Shown: positions 38,281 to 50,760 of the stretch, piece by piece
Numbering within the stretch: the stretch's first letter is position 1
Layout: every line of letters starts with the position of its first letter
Origin: Lama glama
Taxonomy: Eukaryota
NCBI GenBank assembly: GCA_028534125.1
Contig: CM052816.1
Coordinates: 22,632,001-22,696,000 of the forward strand
Length of the DNA stretch: 64,000 nt
Direction: 5' to 3'
Notes under the pieces: model-generated
What the model was told of the DNA's origin: nothing
Seen by the model: only the letters and a program-made list of their open reading frames with translations
The model's database searches: none
Position numbers and translations under genes: made by a program

Positions 38281-39444
38281 AATGTGTCATCATTAAGACC
38301 GTTTCTACAAATATTACTATTGTGGCTAGCTTAAATCATGCTTGCACTGACACAGTGGCCAAGGAAATGTTGGTCACAGAATAGAATAGCTAGCAAGTCT
38401 GACAAAACGCAGGTCTTTAATTTTTTTTAAATTTTTACCGAAGTGCTCAAATCCAGGAAAAATCTCACAGATGAACTAAAAAAGGAAAATGATCATTAGA
38501 GCCCAATTTGGGAATATATCCTTGGAATTTTTCATTCTTTCTTTGGTAAACATTTTTACCATATGTACCCCCACCATCTGACAAAGCCTGTAGATGCAGA
38601 TGAAATACCATTTTTCTTTCTAGTTGAGTGCCTTAAACTTTCAAGTGCTGAAATTAGATATGCTAGACATGTCAAACCAAATGGCAGCCAAGCTGACATG
38701 ACCAGCCCACAGATAAAATGTGAAGCGTAATTCATACAAAAGTCTTTCCTTCCAGATGATTTAAAACCAGTCATGACACTAAACCTATGTGCATTATAAT
38801 GATGCAGCAAATTGAAATCTAATTTTTAAATCCCTCTAGGTAGTAGTTGTTCTGGTGTCACGAAGAATTATAGTGAAAATCACAGGATGCTTTTCAGTAA
38901 TTCTTCAAAAACGAGTCTCAAAGAATAGAAATAACCAAGACTTCAAGATTCAGAGGAAACAAATAACTTGTACACATATGGTTTCTTGAAAGCAAAAATT
39001 GAGACAATTAAGAAAAACTGAATATGAAAAAATTAAGTTCAACACAGCCACAGTCTAATTTCTAATAGTATACCAAAGGAAAAGTGAGTGCATAATTTTT
39101 ATTTTTAGAAAAAAATTTTAAGGCTAGGCCCATCTGGAGCCCATGAGAAAATTTTGCTAAGTCTTCATAAAAAGAAATACAGATCTCTAAACACTGAAAA
39201 ACACTGTGCCAAAGGCTTTAGTTTGTAGTACTAGTAAAAATCTACACATGCCATTTGAAACAGCAAGAAAAGACCCTGCACACTACATTTCTACTGACCT
39301 TCCCAACCTATTTAAGAGGGTAGGGGGAGCAGGACTGAAATCAAAGAAAGGTAAGAAGAAATTTCCTGAAGATGAATTAAATGAATTAAATCATATCTCT
39401 TGATATCATCAATTTGTCCAGTCAGAGATTTGGTTGACCAGTGC

Positions 39445-39713
39445 CACATGAGTCCAGCCATCCCTGATGTCCTTCTGGGCGTGTGAGGGAAGAAGCCACC
39501 CTGAACGTCCAGTCCGGCAGAACCTTCAGATGACTCCAGGCCCACTCACCATCAGACTGCAGCCATATGGAAGACTACAAGTAAGAACTGTCTAGATTGT
39601 TAATTGTCAAGTGCCCGGCATAATCAGTGGGCAGAACCACAATATGATAATAAATTGTTTTAAGCCACCAGATTTGGGGGCACTTTGTAGCACAGCAGTA
39701 TATAACTAAAACA
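39445..39713 (+). mobile_element. MLT1 (G/H-like) MaLR LTR, 3' part
   Basis: gaaccttcagatgactccagg...aataaattgttttaagccaccagatttggggg...cagcagtatataactaaaaca. Confidence 0.85.
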
Positions 39714-41962
39714 CCATATATAGTCCATTTCTGGGGAGAAGAATGTGCACAGTCTTTCACCCCATCTAATTATCCTTCATCAAAAAACCATGAAAGATAG
39801 AGTTTGGGGGAAAGTCACTGGGAAAGAGTTGCATGAAACATGGCATTTTCCTATCTAATGTTCACAAAATGTGAAAGATAGCATCTTAGTCATTACGTAG
39901 ATTCCATAAACCCTCTCTGTAGCAAATGCCTCCAGTAGCTACTGACAGATTATTAACTGGCCCAAGAGAGGAACCAAATGAATTTAATGTGGCAAAAAGT
40001 CAATATGTACATTTCTTCTGATATGTATGACAATAAGGCAACTGAAGATGCAGCCATTAACAAAGTCACAAGGAGCCACCAGGTCACCAACTGAGAAGTA
40101 CTGGTGCTTAACTGGAGTTCAAGTCCAACAAATCTTGTACAAAAATGAACCAGGATCTCATGAACAAATTCAGCTCTCTAAACAGCAGTTGTTTTGTGAA
40201 AAGAGATCCAGTTAATTATCCTATCTCTTAGTTGTTAGCAGAGATCATCTGGGCTGACAAACTGCTTTTGGTCCTGTTGTGTTTGCTGGTGAAAACAGGG
40301 AACGTTAAGTGTTTAGAAAATCTGAGTTACTTCAAAAACTATAGCTGCTCAGAAAACATGAATTAGAATATTGCTAACTTTAATTCTAAGGAAGCCTCTC
40401 TGTAAAACTTGTCATAAGATCTAACTTCTGTTACTATTTCCTTTGTAGTTTGGATCTGGGGTTTGGGGGGAATAGGGAGGGTAACTCTTAAACGTCCTCC
40501 AAGAATAGTGTCACACAGCTATTTAAGAAGCTGTGAACATTTAATGCCACACAGAAAACTGAATAAAAAAGTACCTAATTATTTTTAAAATTGGAGGGTT
40601 GTCAGCGAGATCAGTACTATTAGTGCTCAACATCACCAATCTCTGTCACCTCCTCAATGACTCAGTTTTAGAAAAGGCAGGCAGAAATAACTAACTTGGA
40701 TTTCTTGACCATGGTAGGGAATCTCTCTCTACATAAAACCATTAATTTGTAGAATTATAGGGATGTGTGGGGTCTGTTACATTTAGCAGGCTATTACTGG
40801 CTTTGTAGGTTAGTGTGGATTTTTGAGTAATAAACTAACATTTCTAAACAACGTGAGACTTAACCAGGGGAATCTGTTTCAAATGACTCGAATGTTACAT
40901 TATGAATGTAGTGATGAATTACTTTACATACTGACTTGCTAGAAGTCACGGCGTACAGAGAATTCACAAAATTTATACTGGCAAATTCAACACACTTCTG
41001 TTTTACTTTCAACCAAAAACCCTAAGGATTGAAGCATCATCTGATATTAATTTTCTATTGGTTGCAGAATCTTCCACAGAAATGATAGGCTAAAACATTT
41101 GGAAAACAACATATGCCAGCCCAGTTAGGTTCCCTGTTTAGGTTTAATTTCATTTGTTTGGTATAAATATGTTGACATTAATTTTCTTTTGGTCTCTGTG
41201 CAAGTATACTTTACAAAATTGGAAACATGCTGTATAAAAATAAGAGATTTAAGTGTATATGGAAATTTAATATGACACCAAAATAGCATTTTGAACTAAT
41301 GGATAAAATGAATTTACTTTTTAACTGGTTGTTTCAATTAGATAGCCATTTAAATAAAAGAGGAAAAGACTAATGCTGGAATTAAATATGTTGATTTTAA
41401 ACAATAACATTTAAAAGGACTAGAAGAAAATATGGAAGACTTTCAAATACTTATTTTCATATTAGGGAAGGTCTTTCTAAACAAAGCACAAAAATAAAAA
41501 AGAAGACAGATAAATTTCACAATGCAAAAACTTAAAAAGTTTTAATGGTTAAACAAACAAAAACTTACTCAAAGATAAAAGACAAGTGACACTAAGAAAA
41601 AAATATCTTCAACCAATACCACAGCCAAAGGATAATTTTCCTCAATAAAAAAAGTGCCCTTAGAAATCTATTAGAAAAACACCAACAAAGCAATTGTTAA
41701 CATGAGGAAAAGATATAAGCAAACCCTCCATACACACAAATACACACATACCAATACAAATATATGTAATTGAAGACGAAGCTAAAATAACAGTAAGATA
41801 CCATTTGAACCTATATGACAAAGATTTGAGTTTCCTTACACACACTGTTGGTGAGGGTGTTGAACAAATAACCACGTACATATTGTTGGATAGGGTCTAA
41901 ATTGCTTTAACCCAGATGTTTTCAGACATCTTAGAAGCTTTGTTACTATCACAAATGAAATA

Positions 41963-42143
41963 CAGTTGATCCTTGAACAATGCAGGTTTGAACTGCATGG
42001 ATCCATTTATATATATACATGGATACTTTTCAATAGTAAACACTGTAGTTCTATGGGGTCCATGGTTGGTTGAATTCGAGGATATGAAGGGCTGATTATA
42101 AATTATATGCAGATTAACCCCTGCATTGTTCAAAAATCAGCTG
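41963..42143. mobile_element. Tigger2a-type MITE (TcMar-Tigger)
   Basis: TIRs CAGTTGATCCTTGAACAATGCAGG / CCTGCATTGTTCAAAAATCAGCTG, flanked by TA at 41961-62 and 42144-45. Confidence 0.9.
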
Positions 42144-42145
42144 TA

Positions 42146-42821
42146 AAGTCAGGTCCTGTTACCCTTGGTAGTGATGGTCTATAAAGTTGCCACAAACACT
42201 CAAATGGCAAATCATGAATCATTGTTCCTATGGGAAATACAGAATTAGGTATCTGTAAGCCTCTGGTCACAATATTTTCATCGTTTGATCAACACATAAT
42301 CTTGTTTTATGTGTATTTCTCTTTGAAGATACCTTATTTAATATATATTGTTGATTCATTAACATTCATCATTCAGCCAACAGCACCATACACTCATGTC
42401 TAAACAAAGCTTATTTATCCAACACATGCATTTTCTTGTTAGGCACAGTATAGCCTTTATGTGCTTAGGAACACTGGACAGCACTTCAGGACTATGCCTG
42501 GGAGACATTTTAAATAGCAAAAGCACCAACCCAAATCAAAAAAAAAAACAAACAACGAATAAAGAATAAAATACAGCACTAAATAGATCTCAAAAAGGAC
42601 ATTCGTTTACAGTATAACAGCTGAAACAAGAAAGCAGAGCATTTCCTTGTTCAACCACAGCTAGGAAATGTGCATGTCAGGCAGCTCAGATATTTTGCTG
42701 CCCTGCACATGTACACAAATGACCACAAGAACACAGCAAGAACTGATTTTACAGTTACAAATAAATTTTGTCAAGTAAGTGAAATCATAAACATGGAATC
42801 TGCAAATAATGAGGATCAATG
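42146..42821. mobile_element. MER82 DNA transposon (TcMar-Tigger), essentially full length
   Basis: Diagnostic stretches gcctctggtcacaatattttcatc, gcttaggaacactggacagcacttcagg and gctgaaacaagaaagcagagc. Ends catggaatctgcaaataatgaggatcaatg followed by TA. Confidence 0.9.
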
Positions 42822-43344
42822 TATACATGCCCTATTAAGCCAGGAATTTCACCTATAAAAATGTGTCCTACAGATATGTTCACCCATATGTATAAACTGC
42901 TTTTATAAGGCTAATCATAGCAACACTGTCATAAAACTTTAAAAAAAAATCTAAAAATCCACTGGTTACATAACTTATGATTGACCTATGAAAAGAAATG
43001 AAATACTATGTAGTACTATTATGCATATATTAATGCATATAATAATATGTATATAATGCATGTTATAAATACATATGTTTAAATTTTAAAAAACTAGAAT
43101 TAAAAAAATTAAAGATAATTTATGTAACCAATTCACTATAAATTTCTGATAGAACACCTGAGGTAAGAGACACAGTTTAAGACTCAGGAAAGTGACAGTG
43201 AACATCTGGGCTGGAGGTCTACTTTCTATTGTATATTCTTCTGCACTTTTTGGAAAAAAAATAATTTGATGGGAACTGAATTTTTTTATGTGGCATCCTC
43301 AGACTGGAAGAATTCCATCCTCCCTTTGACAGAAGAGGCCTGAA

Positions 43345-43810
43345 TTTTCCCAAGATTCAAAGATTTGGAAGAAGGGGAGAAAGCAGCAAAGCAAAGCTGA
43401 CTAAATAGGAAATAGAAGAGGGAGATCAAGTGTTGGCAGAAGCCAGGTCTACAACAATTACCAAAGAGAAGGAGTAACTAACTATGTCATGTGTTGCTGT
43501 TAAATCAAATAAGATAAAGATTGAAAAATAATCATTGGATTCAGCAATGTGGAAGTCATTGATGCCCTTACTGAGAACAGTTTCAGTAAAGTGGTGGAAA
43601 CAAGAAAATTCAGACTGCGGTGAGTTTAAGGGAAAATGAATGGAGAATCGGAAAGAAAAATAGACAACCCTTTCAATTTGCCACAGAAGCAAAGGAGTAG
43701 GGTTGTAGTGAGCAGAGAAAGCAGAGTTAATAGATATTTTCTTCAGAAGGGAGGAATAAAATGTTCATACTCTGATGACAATGATCCACAGAGAGAAAAA
43801 TAAAAAATCA
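43345..43810 (-). mobile_element. L2 LINE reverse-transcriptase remnant
   Basis: ORF 43426..43692 reads PLNSPQSEFSCFHHFTETVLSKGINDFHIAESNDYFSIFILFDLTATHDIVSY. This matches the L2/CR1 RT motif QSGF.PHHSTETAL.KVTND...SVLILLDLSAAFDTVDH. Confidence 0.9.
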
Positions 43811-44458
43811 TATATATAGAGAAGGGAGAATGTCAGAGGCAGTTGAATAAATTAAACACAGTGACACAATAAACAGTAACTCCAGCCTGTAATGGCTGCC
43901 TGCTCTGCTCCGAGTCATAATCCTTTACAAAGATTACATATTTGAGGGCTACAGGATCACTGTCTATGATATGAGGAATATGGAACCAGTTTCTGATCAT
44001 CCAATAGAGCTAATCCAACAGAGCATTAGAAATATATTCTGTAACAAGCATTATCAAATGCAAACAGGGATATAACAAGTATGTCAGGCTCTCTCAGACT
44101 ACAATGATAAATACATGTGCATTTACTTCAGGTGGTAGGATTTATTGTAAGGACAAAGGGAGGAAGATGAGGGACAGAAAGTATTCTGAAAAGATACACA
44201 GCTGGACTCTCGGAGGACTGGAATGTTTTTGAAGGTCATGTAAAGTCTGAACAATTAACAAGATCAACTGTCACCCCCTGCTCAGTACTTCTACTCTGAT
44301 GCACCTGTGGCAGCTTATTTCTTCCCTGCCTCTCCTGTAGCTGTGTCTACTTCCCTATAGTTGTTGGGGTTCTCTCTCCAGTCTCCCTTCTGCTATCTTA
44401 TGAGGCATCCTATCAATTTCCCTCTGTGAGTTGCCTTTACCCACCTCGTAATAGTATT

Positions 44459-44485
44459 TGTGTGTGTCTGTGTGTGTGTGTGTGT
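44459..44485. repeat. (TG)n microsatellite
   Basis: Read directly. Confidence 0.9.
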
Positions 44486-45038
44486 ACCTGCACCTGCATG
44501 CCATTCAGGCTTCCTAAAAGAAACTTGAGCAATTCTCACATGACCCTTTCAGTAAGCCTTTGAATCAGCTCACATCAGAGACCATGAAAGCTCACTGATG
44601 GTCAGAGGTAAACTTGAAGAAATCTGCTTTGTCCAGGGCAGCAGAGTTAAATGAAAAAATGAAGGTGACCTATGGATAAAAAATGTACATAGACTGCTCT
44701 TTGTTTTTAAGATAAGCCTGTGTGTACAACAGCATGGGTTTGGTGGAGAAGATGAACACTAACAGTGTCACATGGAGACTTGCTGAAAGGAAGAGTCTGA
44801 GAAGGGAAACTGCCAAAAGTGTCCTTCGGTATAGCAGATGTTGGAAGACTCACAATTATCAACAGAGACAAGAGTTCTACGTAATGCTCCCTTTTAAAAG
44901 TAGTGTGATTTCCTTAGTCTCACAAAGACTCGCTACACACACCCAAATTTGTGGTAATAAGCTCCAGAAAACTATTTACAAATATTCTTTATATATATAT
45001 GTATTTCATAATCAAGCTTGATTTTAGAAATCAGAAGG

Positions 45039-45191
45039 TATAGCTCAGGGAACTATATTTGATATCTTGTAGTAGCTTACAGTGAAAAAGAATATGAAAA
45101 TGAACATGTGTATATTCATGTATGAAGCAATGTGCTGTACACCAGAAATTGATACAACATTATAAACTGACTGTACTTCAATTAAAAAAAA
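45039..45191 (+). mobile_element. 153-bp L1 3'-terminal insertion
   Basis: Perfect 13-bp TSD AGAAATCAGAAGG (45026-45038 / 45192-45204) preceded by TTTT. L1 3' end tgctgtacaccagaaattgatacaacattataaactgactgtacttcaatt plus poly-A. Confidence 0.95.
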
Positions 45192-45499
45192 AGAAATCAG
45201 AAGGATATGCAATAGTGGTGATTCATAGTCCAGCAAGAACCCAACTACTGAATACGGTGTACTCCTTTCAGATTTTAAACCCCTTCTCATTATTGTTGTC
45301 CTGTCTCTACCTCCATATTCCTATGCCATAGTCAACCTTTTTTTCTTTCTTTAATGAGAACACACATTTTGAAAACTGGGAAGAGAGGACATCTGAGGTT
45401 ACAGGTAGACCTGTGTGGGAGTGTCTGTTACAGACAGTGCTTCCCGTGGTGTAAAGTTTGAGACACAAAAATAAAGAGGAAAAAAAGTAGTAGCTCTAA

Positions 45500-46945
45500 G
45501 AATTATAGAAGGAACCCTAAAAGAAACTGAAAAATTCTTTCTGCAATAAATTGCAAGACCATTGAAATAATAACACAGAGTCATAAATAAAAACAGCAGA
45601 TAAAATACTAAAAAATATTTGATTCACATAAAAAATAGCAGAAGGGGAAGAAGAGAGAAATAAAAAGAAGATGGAACAAACAGAAATCAAACTTTTCAAC
45701 AATTACATTACATATAACCGGACTAAACACTCCAATTAAAAGGCATAGATTGTCAGAGTAGATAAAAATGCAAGACCCAATTTTATGTTATTTATAATAA
45801 ACACAATTTTAAAATAAGGATACACACAGGGTGAAAGGTGTAAAATTATCTACGCTGTCACAGCTATGCATGATAAAGCTGGTATAGCCATACTAAAGAC
45901 CCAGATGGCTATTCAAGATAAATAATATTACCAGAAATAGAAAGGACCCTGCCATGATGATAAAAAGGTAATTAATCAAAATAGAGAAAAAAACCTTAAG
46001 TGTGTATATATTTAATATCAAAGTGCCAAAAACATAAGGAGATAGGGGCAGGAGGTGGGGGCAAATAGAGAACTATAGGGAACTACAGACATTTGATAAA
46101 AATATGAACAGCCCATTTTAAAAATCAGCAAAAGACTTAAATACTTTACAAAAGAATATATGTAAATATCATGTATGTAGTAATTTATTTTAAGTGTTAA
46201 ATATCACTAGCCATCAGGGAAATGCAAATCAAAACCCTAACGAGACACCACTGCATACCCACTAGAATGGCTGTAATAAAAAAAAATTTGACAACACCAA
46301 TGCTTAAATGACCTGGAGTAAGTGGAATTCTCATGCATTGCAGGTCAGAGGTTAAAATGCTATAATCACTTTAAAAAAAATCATTTGGCATTTTCTTAAA
46401 AAGTTAAACATACATTTATTCATAGCCAGCACTCCTAAGTATTTCACTCCTAACTTTTTACCCAAGAGAAGTGAAAGCTTATATTCACAAAACAGCTTGT
46501 ACATGAATGTTCATAGTAGTTTTATTAATAACAGTTCCAAACTGTAAACAACCCAGATGACCACCAACAAGAGAATGGATTATTAAAAAAAAACTACAGT
46601 ATATTCCTATAATGGAATACTTCTCAATAAAAGGAATGAATTACTGTTATGCAAAAACATAGATGAATGGTGAAAATATTATGCTACATGAAGTAGACAA
46701 AAAAAAGTACATATGTTTGATTCCAACTATATGAATTTGAGAATAAACAACACAAATGTAAGGGGCTAGCAATCACGTTAGTGGTTGTTTCCAAAGGAAC
46801 TGACTATGAAAAGGATGGGAGTTTCCAAAATGATGGAAATATTCTGTTTATTGATATGCACTCATCAAGACAAGACTGAATGGTACACTAAAAATCTGAG
46901 CATTGCACTGTATGTAAACTTTACCCTAATTTGAAAATAGAAAAA
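45500..46945 (+). mobile_element. Old L1 (L1MC/ME-like) fragments: EN start, ORF2 end, 3'UTR
   Basis: ggactaaacactccaattaaaaggcatagattgtcagag, catcagggaaatgcaaatcaaaacc and 3' end tggtacactaaaaatctgagcattgcactgtatgtaaactttacc. Confidence 0.85.
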
Positions 46946-49349
46946 AAAATCTACTTGCAAAGCTAAATTAACCCTGAATCCCAAGCCTTTTTCTGCTAAT
47001 ATTGTTGGGTTTTTTTTTAATGTAATGATATATTTTATCTTCACATTACTGGAGAGAATAAAGATACTATTTCCTTAGTAAGGGAATAGTTTATAATATT
47101 ACTAATATTATATAATAGTATACCAATAATATATACTACATATAGTGTATCTATAATAGTGTTAGTATCAATATTGTTTACTTTCAGTTTTAGCTCAGTT
47201 AATCTACTGATTAATTATAAGAACTATAAGTTAGAATTATACCACTAGTGCATTTTTTTTGCCATGAACATTTCCAAAGAGTGAGAGGGGAAAATGCCCT
47301 TCTTAGTTGACACAGTCCCTTTCCAGTAATACTAAAATTACATCCCTTCACAAAGAAGGAGGCTAACATAATGTGATAAACTCAGACCTTATTATAAAAC
47401 AAACTATACATAATGGAAAGTGTTATTTCAGTAATAACAATTTAAATCCTCTGATGTACATAATCAGTTCAAATCAACAATTCTTGATCTGATTCAATTT
47501 CAAAGAATGTCACAGCCAAATGCAGACAAATTAGTCAAGTGACATTTACTGGCCTGATAAATCAGTGGCTCCAGTTGAGTACAACAAAAATACACTCCTG
47601 AACTGTGCTTCAGGATCTATTGAAGTCAGGGAAAAACAAAATCAGTCTATTGGCATGGCAGCATTAATTTGCCCCAAAGGACTATTACTTCTTCAATTTT
47701 TATCTTAGCCTTGGCCTCATGTCTTTCTGTCCCGAGATATAGTTAGGGCAAAGTTCTTAGAGAACTAAAGAGCTAGAATTGTTTCATTCTGCATCAGACA
47801 TGCTCAGGAATGCTGTCAGCTAGTTATAACTAATGACCAGGTTGCAGACCTATCACCACTTGGTCTATGACCAGGCAATCAATAGAAACATGACCTGTGT
47901 AGAATGCAAGTCCAGTGTTTCGAGAAAAGTTATAAGAAATGGTTTTAAACTAAGGCAAACAAATACTCTGTTATTCATTTTGTTCACATCAGTTTCAGAA
48001 GGATGTCAAGCCCCCACAAAATCTACAAAATAATCTTTCTTACATTGTAATATCAGCATTTCAGTATGTTTCAGTAATGTAATTACATGTTAAGTAAGAT
48101 TCACTAGAAGATGCCAACAGTAACAGTTAATTTTTATAGAAGACCTTTAGAAGATGATGTTCTCAAGGCGCATTTAGTGTAGCACATCAAAGGTTTAAGG
48201 AATGAACCTAATATGCTAGGTTTATTTTTCTTATTTCACTTATTACCAGTGGAAGTTTTGTTTCATTGGAAGCATTATGTTTAAGAATATGCACAGAAAA
48301 TGTTTATTTGATCCCTTTCATTAATGTAATGTAGTGTCATCCCAAGTGCACCAAAGGATATCACTAGTTTGTCCCCAAACTGGTTTACACTACACCACTT
48401 CACTTTACATTTACATTACATTTACACCATTTTGCTCCTATGTAATCCTGAATTGCATCATTTCTGGAAATTGACCACCAGGGAAGTCTTTTAATTTGCA
48501 TTAACTACTAAGAAGCTTACTTACTACTGCTATATTTTATAAAAGTTCAAAAATCTTAAGAACAAAGTCTTCAGAAAACAAAGTTTCATCCTGTGTAACA
48601 GCTGAGCAATTTACTTATTTATGATACTCTAGGAAGTTTATGATATTTCCTGCCTTGAAATTTCTTTTGTCCCCCAAGCCCACACAAACCTTAGACAAGT
48701 ACAGTCAAGGTCATGGTGTTGCAACAAGTAGAACTCTCGGATCCTAAGGAATCCAAGTTACATACTGTTACACATTCTCATTGATTCATTCACTCACTCA
48801 GCTGTCACTTATAGAGCACTTAAAATGACATAAGCATTTTGTGCTTTTCATCCACATGCCTCTTGCTCAACTGTGCGTCTGCATAGGGAATTCTCCTATG
48901 GTGAGGAATAGACCTTTCCCATTTCTACATTTGTTCTCATTTTAAAACTCCTATAAGTGAAAAACTACCACCAGTTCCAAAGTCTTTTCTGTTTCTACTA
49001 GGAAGTCCAGTGAAACGAAACACAAACACAAAACTCACGTCTAACCTCAACATGCAGACGTCCTCTAGGTAAGCATGCGCATGAAGCAGCCCTCTACCCC
49101 TAGCTATTCCCTGTACTCCTGTAAAAGTAGTGTGAGATATACAAAAAAACACCATTGCTTTTCTGTTTTACCACAGTATAGTTTGGAATGTTTATTTACT
49201 GACTAATAAATTGATTGTTATACTGGTGGGACTGCAAAATAACTCTACCCAAAACTGTCAAGAAAGTGAAAAGTTAACCCAATGAATGGTAGAAAATATT
49301 TGTAAATCATAAATCTGATAAGGGATTTGTATACAGACTATATAAACAT

Positions 49350-50760
49350 TAACAGGTTGTTCTGAGGCAGAAGAACCAGCAGAGAAGACTAAGAAAGAGA
49401 AGTTTACCTATAGGAGGAAATTTGGGAGAAAGCAGTTTCTCAGAATCCCAGACAACCCAAAAACTGATTTTTAAAAGTAAGTGATCATCTGCATTGAACG
49501 CTGCTTATAAATTCAAGTAGGAAGAGAGCAGAAATATGACCACTGTGACTGTAGCACCAAGAAGATCTTTAATTATCGTGGAATGGAGTGAAACTCTAGT
49601 TGGGACGATTGAGAAAGAAATAGGATGGGAAGATTTGGACAAAGTGACCATAGTCTTCTTTTAAGAAATTCTGTAATGAAAAAGAGGCTAAAAAACAATA
49701 ATCTGTATCCAGAATAAAGACACTAGACCTATACATTAAGAATAGTATAACAGAGCAGAGAAATTTATGGTATACAGCTACAAGGAACAATTGTAGAAAT
49801 TAATTTCTTGAGAAGGGAACGTAAGGAAGGGTTTCAGACTACAGTGGTATGGTTGACAAGTGAAAAAGCAGAGAATGTGGATACAGATGCAAAAAGGATG
49901 ATATATCAGTGAGTCAGAAAATGAGGAAGCTCTCATTTGATTCTTTCTGAAATGAAGTTATTAGATAGGGTGAATGAACTAAGATGGAGTTTAGAAGTTT
50001 GAAGAGAGAGAATATGATGGGGTTATTTAATAGTGTTGAGTAATCATCTGTGTTTCTAAATCTACAGTGAAACCTGTTAGCAGGTTACTGTAATGTTGTC
50101 CACACTAATCCTTAATCAGATACAGGAACGGAGAAAAGAGACTGTTGGTTCAATCAGAGGTGAGACGCTACAAGGTAAGGGGTTGGGGCAGAGTGACAAG
50201 GAGATATGGATAAAGTGTTCAGAAAGATCCATTAAAATAATGGCCTTTGAAATACTGGCTGGTTAAGGAGAAATGTCAGGGTATGACATGATGAATAGTG
50301 AAAAAGTGACAGGATCAACAGAGGTCTTGATGAAAAAAAGCTGATGCATTGTGGTTAATTAAAGGGGAGCTAAAAGGATAAGAAGTGACAGAGAACGAGG
50401 GTGTTTAAGGCCAACGCACAGTTGTTGATGAAACAAAGGGATGAGCACAGGAATGAGGGAGGTGTGATGTAAGTACGAAAATAGCACTAATTGAGAGGAA
50501 ATGAAGAGAAGAGAGACTAGATGTCAGATGAAACCTTCTTGTGAATGTTCAATTTACCAAGCAGAAAGACGGGATAAGGTAACAAGAAAGAATAAGCCAG
50601 ATACTAAAGTCATCAGTGATTGAAAAGGGTGAGCAGGAAGTCAGCAGAAAATAGCATTAAGTATCATTAATTTGTGGCAAAAAACTTCTGCAGTAAGCTT
50701 CAACTGTTTTTGAAGCTTGTGGGAGGAGAAACGGTTTGAATATGGCAAACAGACCTACAC
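49350..50760 (-). mobile_element. Highly diverged L2 region
   Basis: Purine-rich + strand with antisense L2 motifs (tgaacgctgcttataaattcaagtaggaagagagcagaaatatgaccactg; gagccagatactaaagtcatcagtgattga). Confidence 0.6.

Larger units (their letters stand above)
41240..43250 (+). mobile_element. Ancient L1ME-like fragments split by two DNA transposons (41963-42821)
   Basis: ORF2-like ctagaagaaaatatggaagac and aacagtaagataccatttgaacc. After 42823 it resumes with tacatgccctattaagccaggaatttcacctataaaaatgtgtcctacag. Confidence 0.7.
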
